15,189 nucleotides of DNA from Azolla caroliniana (taxonomy: Eukaryota > Plantae > Polypodiophyta): NCBI GenBank assembly GCA_043228905.1, contig JBHGNT010000811.1, positions 1 through 15,189 on the forward strand, given 5' to 3'. A program made the translations under genes and the position numbers. This document shows, piece by piece, positions 1 through 9,900 of the stretch (positions are counted from its first letter, which is position 1; each line of letters opens with the position of its first letter). The notes below the pieces were generated by a model, which had not been told where the DNA came from, did not search any database, and saw nothing but the letters and a program-made list of their open reading frames with translations.

Positions 1-252
1 AGATGAAAGACTCCTTTCTGTAAGGCTGTCTCCAGCAATATGCCAAAAAGAGGCAGTTTTGAAACATCCATTTTGCTGCTTCCCATTTTTGATGAATTGC
101 ATATGATTCCATTTTTGATGCACATGAAAAGTTAAAACTAATTACAAGCTATAGAAACGAAGAAAGACAATAAAGAACCTCCGATATCTTCATTTTAGAC
201 AATAGTGAACCTCTGATATAGCAAGAAGAACCCACAATCCATGATGATCCTT

Positions 253-970
253 TTATAGCGACTCAACTTCAGCTTTAGAATCATCATAATTGGTTCTCCA
301 GTAATTTACATCAGTGAAGTTTGTGTCTCCCGTAGTAGCTTCACAATTTTTTCTATCTTCTAGTTCCTGTAAAGAAGGACTATTGGTTGGAGAATTAGGG
401 CCAGACTCTCCATTGTGGCCTTCTTGCAATGCATGGTCGATAGCCTTACCTTCAATCTCCACTTGAACACAATCTATTTTCTCATCAAATAGCGCCTCAG
501 CTGTTTGTTGGGAGGTTCTCTCAATCCCAACATTGTTGTCTGGTTTTACATTGAATTCATCTGATACAGTGGTCATTTGTACATCTTCGTTTGCCATTGT
601 AAGCATTTGGCTGGTGGTGGTTTCTCCTCTCACGGCATCTTTGAGAGTATTATTATCACTAAATGAGATTGTTGGCTCCTGCCAACTAGTCCATTCTGGT
701 GACCGGACAGATAATGAATCTGTGGCAATATTCTCATCTTTATAATATGCTGAAGTATCAAATTTATCAATGCTTGCACTAAAGTTGTATACTGAAGTTT
801 CCATCTCACTTTCATTTGCCGCCTCACTAGTTGTAGCAAAATTCTCCTCAAGATGAACGGAGAAAAATGTGTTAGAAGAGCTAGCAGTATCAACTAAATC
901 TTCATCACTACTGGCAACTTCATTATCATCAATATTTCTGCTGTTTGGAGAAGGTACAGCGTTTGAATGC
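253..970 (-). CDS. SAL: SAPS gene terminal exon: acidic, Ser/Thr-rich tail ending NFTDVNYWRTNYDDSKAEVESL*
   Basis: In-frame acceptor AAACAG at 972-971 with a CTGAC branch-point-like motif upstream; lies within ORF 253..999; SPEWTSWQE and FxDxNYW resemble plant SAPS tail motifs. Confidence 0.85.
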
Positions 971-3900
971 CTGTTTAAAAACAGCACGATTGTCAGCATC
1001 TAGCCAAAAAGGAAAATGTTACAACTTCACTTAAAATATGGCAAGAAGATCACATACAGGTCCTGTTCTTCACCAAGCCTCAATGATGACATAACAACTC
1101 CAGATGAATCATGCTCAAAATATCCACCCTGCAATAACAATTAGGCACTTTGTAAGTATTTCTATCTGGATATGTCCAAACTAGACTTTGCATACAGAAA
1201 TCTGACATTCCATGTACCAGTTACCTCAGTTAGATCATCACTATTCCTAGTTTAATGGTAATTTAATTATTAATGCCTAGGATCATCCTTGTTTTGGCTT
1301 ATTTAATGGAAAATTTTAATATACATGGTTGGTATCAAACTAGGACGCAATATGTATTGCAGCAGATTCATTATTAACTTTCCCATCTCTTTTGAGCAAA
1401 TATAAAAATGTGCAGGAAGACAGGCTTTGTTAATTAATATCCTGGATTCATTGTGTTGCTCTATAAGAAAAATAAATACTCGAAAAACTTGCAAGTTGCT
1501 GATAGCTAAAATACTCCGTAGACATTTCAATGAAGTATAAAGAGTATTAGCAAAACGTATTTGTCTTACATCTTCAGCTCTACCAAATACCCCAAGTTCC
1601 TGCAATATAAGATAAGCCTCAGAAAATAAATGTAAATACGATTAGTTAAAAACACTGTAAGTTAAACACGTACACATACCTCATCTTCATTCTGTTGCAT
1701 CTGATAGCCTAAAACTTCACGACTTATGTGTGACGATATGTCATAATCTCTATCCTGATATTCATCCTCATCACTATTCACAGAACGCTCACGCAAGGTG
1801 GTTGGACGACTGAAACCAATTAGAATTGCAAAGCAGATCATACATATGAATATTGAAAATTCTAAGAACTGTTCTTTCCTTTAGAAACTTATTTCGGCAT
1901 TTTACTCAACAAGAGCCATCTAGTTCCCCAGATTTCTTCAAACTAAACAGAAGCAGAGACATTACCCACTTCAGATGTTTCCACTTACCCACATGTCCAT
2001 TGAGACACATTTTCTGTGGAATTAAGTCTTTGTAGGACAACTTGCCATTGCAACCATTCAGGTTTTTCCTATACAAATATACTGACAAAATCAAGCTTAA
2101 CTTCCGGGTTAGAAATAAGTAAAAAAGAATGACCAACCTGTAGGTGAGCTTGAATTTCTGAATTAAAGCTAGATGCATGAACCAGCCGATTTGCAATTCT
2201 TGTTAAATGGCCCAGGTTGCCTACTTTCGGTGGATGTTTTCCAGCCTTAGCTACAGTAGGCTATTGTAAAATAGATATTTAGCAGTAATATACATCCATA
2301 TTTGAGCTTGACAAACAAGTGACAGATATGTGGGACTCAAGCTTAAAGCGCTAGATCATACCACCTATAGCACGTGAACAGGATAGAGTTTCAAGGAATC
2401 GCTTCAAACCTTACTGTCCATGCTAAGTACAAACGGATTCTCAAACACTCCCAAAAGTCTTGCAACCAGATCACAATCAACCAAGAGATGATCAATTAGT
2501 ATCTTGCTGCCACTCTCAATACATGAGGCTATAATGTTCTCCACATGATGATGAAGGAAGTTGTTGAATGGGTAACTGCAGAAAAAAACAGTAACCTCAG
2601 GCAAACCCAATTTCATATAAAGATGCTTTATATAAAAATAATTTAAGAGAAACTTCTTACTTAAAAAATAATTTAAGAGCTTGTTGGATTGCACCAAGCC
2701 GGACCAACCCTTGTCTGGCTGCATCACTATTTGTTCGGAGAAGAACAGCAACAAATTCTATTATCTGTGTGTAGACACAATCACAATAACGGTAACATTA
2801 CATATAACATGTCAAGTGTTATGCTAAAAAGAAATAAAAAATAGAGATTTTAATGCATTAGAAGTTTTAATCTCTAGAAACATTGATAATAGGCCTTGAT
2901 TTTCTGATTATTAATAATTAGAAACTTTGATTGTTCCAGTATACCAATCCTGTGACAAAACATCAAGACAACTGCCAAAGTGGTCTTTCATGACTATGAG
3001 CATCTTAATTCACGGCAAACTTTATAAGTTACTTTCTGGTACAACAGAAGAACCAACACAAAGGGAGATAGTCCCAAAGTCTACACCCCACGGTAACCTA
3101 TACTTGAAACCAAAGATTATAAAAATAAGTAACTGTTCAAATAATGTTTATGAAAATGACTAATGGCAGAAAGATCTGTAATGACTATCATCCCTCCACA
3201 TAAAACATGCAAAACTGCCCGGGAGACCTTAGTTCCAACAACAGACAAGATACAACCTCTAGTGGAAAATTCCATGCATTTTCTAATCCTTGTTATACTT
3301 ATGTCAGTGATATGTTGAATAAGACTCGAAACAAACATATCACTACATATAGACATACTGTATGGATAAGAGTTCAACTTACACAGAGATCATTCCACGA
3401 AGCAACATCTGATAATAAATTTATATTCTCTGATGAAAGTAATCTATAGTTGATTGAGATATTATGTATAGTTTAAAAGAGAAACTTATTTTAATATTAT
3501 CTTTTATTTTATATGGTAAAAAGTGAAATTGAATCATTTTATTTTAATATTATCTTTTAATTTGTACAGGAAACTGCTAAAAGATAAGTCATGGAGTATT
3601 ATGTGATGACCTAAACAAGCTTCATCCTTTATATTAGAAACAAATTGTGCTGAGGGCAATTAACTATTCCCATTTGTCTACTTCGCTTGATTTAGCCACT
3701 TAAATTATCAAATAAGCTCAAAGATGCTAATTACGAAGTTTCTAAAGCTTGTCTTCTTGAAAAGTTTCAAAGTCATTATTCTAAATTCATAATGCAGTGC
3801 AAATCAGTGGTTTTTCCTGTTGGAGGGTGACAGCTCCAGACCTGCACTCTCTTTCATCTTTATTATCTCTGTACTACATTCTCTCTTCCCAGATTCTTCT

Positions 3901-6900
3901 CTCTCTAGAATCTGCAATGCTTTAAATGCATTCTCTCTCTAGAATCTGCAATGCTTTAAGTGCCTTCTCTCTCTAGAATCTGCAATGCTTTAAATGCCTT
4001 TTGTCTCTTCCACTTTTTCCAAGATATTCCCTTTTTATTCCTAGTTTATTGTACCTGTTTGGTAGTACAAGAGTCTCTTAACTACCAAACAACCATTACC
4101 AATTTTGTATAAATAGCTTATACCAGCCTCTTTTGTAATAAGATTATTTTCTGCTGCTACTTAGAAACAAGCACAACTCTTTGGCTGTGTCTCTACTCTT
4201 TGCAACCATTTTTTCTACTGCTGTCTAACAGCCTTCTCACAGCTTGGCTGTGTCTATTTTGTTCTAACTCTTCCGCTGCTGCTATTAACAGCTTTTCTCA
4301 CATGGTATCAGAGCAGTGAGGTCTCCATATCCTCAGCCTGATTATTTTTGCCAAAGAGCACACAGAACTCTCTTCTTTTATCCCTCCCTCCCAACCCTAT
4401 AGAGGAGGTTCTCTTAGCAGCCACCCTCCCAACCTACAGAGGAGGTTCTTTTTTCTTTCTTTTCCCCTCATCTGAGCCTCACCTAGCATCTAGGGAGAAG
4501 TAGAAAGACCCTGACCATATACTTACAACTGATGTAAATTGTCCAGTTGTAGCTCAAGAGGAGGATATCCATGGCCTCACATGCCACGATTGTTTCATCA
4601 ACCATTCCCCAACTCCCCAAAGAGTCAATGGGAACAATTACTTGGATTGGGAGCTACAAATAAAGACCTTGTTACAATACCATCGTTTATGGAATGTAGT
4701 CACTGGAAGTGACAAGAAACCACCAGTAACTTCATCCTCTTCAACCAAATCAGTTGCTAGCTCATCTAACGCTGAGATTGAAGCGTGGCTAGATAAGGAT
4801 TCTCGTGCCCATGCTTTCCTCATTCGCTCGTCAATTTCAAGATACAGATGAAGAGACAGCGAATGAACTATGGACATTCATAAAAAAGAGGTACCATCGA
4901 GCTAATCATGCTCAAATGATAGCTATTGAGAACCAACTAGCTAATCTCAAGATTCATGACACTCCCAACATCATGGATCAAATAACGCAATTTGTTACTC
5001 TCCAAAAGGAACTAGTTTCTTTGGGAAGCAAGTTAACTGAAGTTTAGTTTGTGCATCGTCTAATGATAAAGTTGCCTGAGTCATTCCCAGCATTTTGTGA
5101 CACAATTTCTCTTCTTCCCAACACACCTGATATGAATACATTCCTTGGTATTCTACAAGATACGGCAACAAGGAAGAAAAGTGCTCAAACTTCCAATGAG
5201 ACGCTTCTACACGCAACAAGTAAAGGCAAGTGGAAGCCAAATGGCAACTCCTACAACAAACCCAATCCAAGACCACCAAACAACCCAGCCTACAAGGAGC
5301 TCACTTGTCATTATTGTGGCTACAAAGGTCACATTCATCCTGATTGTCGGAAAAAGAAAAGGGACAATGCTAAGAACTCTTCTTCTACCGAAATCCAACT
5401 CGGCCCACTCAATCAAAGAAACAGTTTTCCTTGGCATTGAGGAACAAACTTCACATTTGGCTGGACCAACTACCTCAACCATTGATGAGTGGTCAGTAGA
5501 TAGTGGTGCTACTTCACACATGACCTATGACAAATCCATTTTGCATGATGTGAAACCTAGCTCCTCCCAAATCTCCATTGGAGATGCCTCAAGCATTGAG
5601 GCTTCATGTGTGGGTAATGTGTTTCTTAACTATTCTTCAAATAAGAACCTGTCATTCTTCAAGATGTGCTACATGTGCCTCGCATCTCTGCCAACCTACT
5701 TTCAGTCTACCAAATCACTAAGCAAGGTTATGGTGTCTACTTTGATAGCTCGGTTTTGGAAGTCATTGACACCAACAACCTACAAATTGTAGCTAGTGGC
5801 ACACAAGAAGGAGGTTTATACCGCCTGAAAAGTTCCCATAGCCCCTTGGAAAAGTTCAAATCTCATCTTCTTCATCTTTTTCAAGGCTCTCATGCGTTGG
5901 TGGCACAAGAAGATCCCACGTTGCGGCATGCTAGGTTTGGTCATCTCAACTATGATTCTCTTCAAAAGCTCTCCTCTTCCCAACTAGTTGAGGGTCTTCC
6001 TATTTTCAAAACTCCCAATACCCCATGTGTTGCTTGTCTTCATGGCAAGCAACATTCCTCATGAAACCACTCACCGTGCAACATCTATCTTGGAGTTAGT
6101 GCACATGGATCTTTGTGGTCCCATGAAAACCACTACTCTTGGTGGTGCACGCTACTTCATGCTCATCATTGATGATTTCTCCCGCAAGGTTTGGGTTTAT
6201 TTTCTTGTAGAAAAATCGCAAGCCTTCACAAAATTTCAAGAATGGGTAGCTCTCGTGGAGAACGAGACATCGAAGGAAGTTCGAAAGATCAGGTCGGACA
6301 ATGGTGGAGAGTTTATCTCCCAAGCTTTCACCATTTCTGCTCTCAACGAGGCATTGCTCACCAATTTTCTAACAAAATGGAGTCGTGGAAAGGAAGAACC
6401 AGACAGTCCAAGAGATGGCTCGTACGATGCTATCTCAATCTGATCTTCCTCTCTCGTTTTGGGGTGAAGTTGTCACCACAGCGGTCTACATCATCAACTG
6501 CCGCCCAACAAAAGTTGTTGCTGGAATGACGCCTGCAGAAGCATTTACAGGTGTAAAGCCCTCAGTATCTCATTTTAAAGTCTTTGGTTGTGATGCTTAT
6601 GTTCACATTTCAGATCATAAAAGTACGAAATTTGAGTCCAAAACCAAGAAATGCAAATTTCTTGGTTATAGCACACAATCTAAAGCGTACAGGTTATGGG
6701 ATTTAGAGTCAAAGTCCCTAGTCATCTCTAGGGATGTTCATTTTGTGGAGTCTCAGCCAGATGATTCTAGGATTTCACCTGAGTTCACGGTTGAAATCCC
6801 AACTCCTCCCGAATCTCTTATTTTAGACGAAGATGTCTCACCTTCAAGCCCCCCATCTTCTCCTACTCAATCTCTAACTTCGCCAACAATTCAAACCTCT

Positions 6901-9900
6901 CCCTCAACTCCACTTGTTTCCCCTCCCACTACAAACCAGCTTCCACCACTTCCCAAGTGGCTTCAAGCCACCATTCGTGAAGCTCATCTCTCCGATGCTG
7001 AACTTCATGAGTATACATGTGGTTCTCGAAAACGTAAGTCACAACGGCCTCCTCACTCATGCAACTTTGCCTTACTGTGCACTGTTGGGCAATCACAAGA
7101 ACCCACAACAGCAAAAGAGGCCCTTGTTCTTCCAAAGCGGAAAGCAACAATGGATGTTGAACTTGATTCCATTGAGTGGAATCACACATGGGAGCTGGTT
7201 CCACAGCCTCAACATCAACAAGTCATTGGACTGAAATGGATGTTCCAGACTAAGTACCATGCTTATGGTACTTTGGATAAGCACAAGGCACGTTTAGTTG
7301 CAAAAGGCTACTCACAAGTCAAAGGAGTGGATTACGAGGAAACTTTTTCTCCAACAGCAAGGTACACCTCTATTCGATGTGCGCTTGCACTTGCTGCTCA
7401 CAACAATTGGCCCATCTTTCAAATGAATGTCAAGACAGCCTGCCGTAATTGTGACTTGAAAGATGAGGTTTATGTTGAACAGCCTCTAGGTTTTGAGATT
7501 TCAGAGCAGAAAAAAATGGTCTACAGGTTCCACAAAGCCTTGTATGGCTTAAAGCAAGTTCCCAAAGCTAGGCATGCCAAATTGATACCTTTTTTCTCTC
7601 TCTTGGGTTTCAGAACTGTTATGCTGACAACGATCTCTATGTTTTTTTTCCTGCTTCCAAGGAATGCCATTAATCAGCTCCTCGGTCGACTCAATGTTTG
7701 ATGGCCGTTCTGGAGCTAAGAGGAGGTGTTGGAGGGTGGCAGCTCCAAACTTGTACTCTCTTTCATCTTTATTATCTCTGTACTACATTCTCTCTTCCCA
7801 GATTCTTCTCTCTCTAGAATCTGCAATGCTTTAAATGCATTCTCTCTCTAGAATCTGCAATGCTTTAAATGCCTTTTGTCTCTTCCACTTTTTCCAAGCT
7901 ATTCCCTTTTTTTTCCTAGTTTATTGTACCTGTTTGGTAGTACAAGAGTCTCTTTAACTACCAAACAACCATTCCCAATTTTGTATAAATAGGCTTATAC
8001 CAGCCTCTTTTGTAATAAGATTATTTTCTGCTGCTACTCAGAAACAAACACAACTCTTTGGCTGTGTCTCTACTCTTTGCAACCATTTTTTCTACTGCTG
8101 TCTAACAGCCTTCTCACAGCTTGGCTGTGTCTATTTTGTTCTAACTCTTCCGCTGCTGCTATTAACAGCTTTTCTCACATTTCCGACACATGATAATGTG
8201 TGAGGTTGGCATCAATGGCATAACTGTGTAAAAATGGAATTAATGATTACTCTAGACTCAGATGCATATGCATTGTCACAGCGAAACATGTTTCAGGTCT
8301 GAATCAAACTTTCTGAAATGCATGAATAGGTTGGGTAATTAGTGTGGAACCTTCACTCCATCCTTAGGAGGCTTTTATTACTTTGTTAACATTTTCTCTA
8401 GCATCAAGTGCCTATCCATCAACACTATGAAACACATTTCACTTCTGCTATCTATTGATGAGTATAAAGCTAGATGATTTATAAAGGTGCATGTCAAATC
8501 GCACACATGGTCACTTTATTACAACAAAAAACATTAAGATTTATCTATTTTTTATTTATGCATGCGAAGCACAGATTTTCAACTGTAAATGTGGTCAAAG
8601 AATATCAGATATTCTTATGACAAAATCACCAACCACATGTAATGTGGCAGTCCCTTGAGGACTTGTATAGAAAACCCCCTTGGCCCATTGTGTTTAGTTA
8701 ATGATCTTTAGTTTATTAATGTAGCTTTCTCTTCAGTGCATAAACTGAACTCTGTGTATTTTATTATTTCTGGTTATTTTCTCTGATTCCTTCTCTTGAT
8801 CACACCCCCACTCTCACACATGTATTACGCTTCCGCATAACTCTACGAGAGTTAGATTCTTTACATATCATTTTAACTGCAGCCTCTTTTTGTATCATAC
8901 TAGTAGAATCTTATTCATATAATTATGCTAGAGTAAATAGATGCTATTCTCAATTTATTAAAATTAGCCACTATAACATTATATTAACAAAACATAGTGA
9001 AAAGCTAAAACCTTTAGTCGATGAATGCCAAGAGGAGGACATAATTCACCATAGGTAGTATGCAATAGCTTTCCATCTCCTTCCACATCAAGGACCTTCA
9101 GCAAATCTCCTAGTACATATAGTGACCCAATTAACATTTAAGTAAATCAGACCACCAGCTGTCAGTCAAATAATAAGTCAGTTCAACTTCCACATTCTAT
9201 AAAATCACACGAATAATGTATGATAGAACTATGGTCCAGCTATAGCATACACTTAATAAGGAGACTGTGTAGGTACTAGTAACTACAAAAGAAACCTTAT
9301 TGCTACAACATTCTGCTGGAGGCCAAACTGTGTTTAAATATACTTGGTCACTAAAATGATTCCGCAACAGTTCTTCTTTGCACAGAAAATATTGAATATG
9401 AGGAGTTTAAAATATGCCACGATTTTATTTTCAGAGTTATTTGAAGGAAGGTGGTGGATGACCAATGGCCAATGTCATCAGATCGTTGGAAATGTTGAAC
9501 TTGATGGCTATTGATATTTTGTTCTTTAATCAAATGCTCAAGAACACTCCACATAAGAGTTTTCACTGAGACAGTCTGGTATTTCTACATGGCAGCTGAG
9601 AAACAATTGGTAACACGTGGAAGGAGAGATGTGCCATGTAAAGTTCAACTAGTCGAGTTTTTCTCTCTACACCATTTTCTAAATCTCGAGCAATAAACAA
9701 ACCTCAAATTAAACTCCATCCACAATATGCTCACCATATGGTGAATAATACTAACCTAACCTCTGCAGCATTCCATCTATGGTCTCCGCACTTGCAGCTG
9801 TTTGGAGTGAGTCTGAAATTTGTTGCCCTCTACCCATTCCAACCATCATGTGCCTCTTTGGGTCGAGCAAGGCAATGCAGACAGTCAAAGAATGCACAAG

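Larger units (their letters stand above)
3818..4302 (+). repeat. 5' LTR (485 bp)
   Basis: TGTTGGAGGG...TTCTCACA; aligns with 7727-8179 with 9 substitutions, two 1-nt indels and one extra 34-bp unit (manual count). Confidence 0.97.
3818..8179 (+). mobile_element. Ty1/copia LTR retrotransposon, both LTRs present, internally deleted and defective; intronic and antisense to the host gene
   Basis: Paired TG...CA LTRs, TTTCC TSD, PBS, PPT; domain order gag-PR-IN-RT is diagnostic of copia. Confidence 0.97.

Noticed and set aside
60-220. Short direct repeats in the 3' UTR region (CCATTTTTGATG x2, GAACCTC(C/T)GATAT x2)
   Set aside because: Short local duplications with no supportable function.
253-999. 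248-aa ORF as a standalone gene starting at ATG 999
   Set aside because: It is the terminal exon of the SAPS gene; its first residues come from the intron.
2927-3449. Short ORFs in the large intron, and similar ORFs at 9351-9696, 10867-11415 and 13403-13753
   Set aside because: No recognisable motifs; consistent with chance ORFs in AT-rich introns.
3486-3559. 21-bp direct repeat TTATTTTAATATTATCTTTTA (3486-3506, 3539-3559)
   Set aside because: Very AT-rich intronic duplication with no TIRs or other element structure.
3897-3998. CRISPR-like array
   Set aside because: Head-to-tail repeats with no spacers, inside an LTR of a eukaryotic locus.
5380-5440. Programmed gag/pol frameshift
   Set aside because: Most copia elements encode gag-pol in one frame, and this shift is one of many random lesions.
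6835-6955. Ser/Pro/Thr-rich stretch as a captured gene or env-like domain
   Set aside because: It is the usual low-complexity linker between integrase and RT in copia elements.
4571-7701. Idea that gag-pol is too decayed for LTRs about 98% identical, implying decay before insertion
   Set aside because: The LTRs show 2 single-base indels in about 900 bp. Scaled to the 3.4-kb interior that predicts about 7-8, close to the roughly 8 frame changes seen, so neutral decay suffices.
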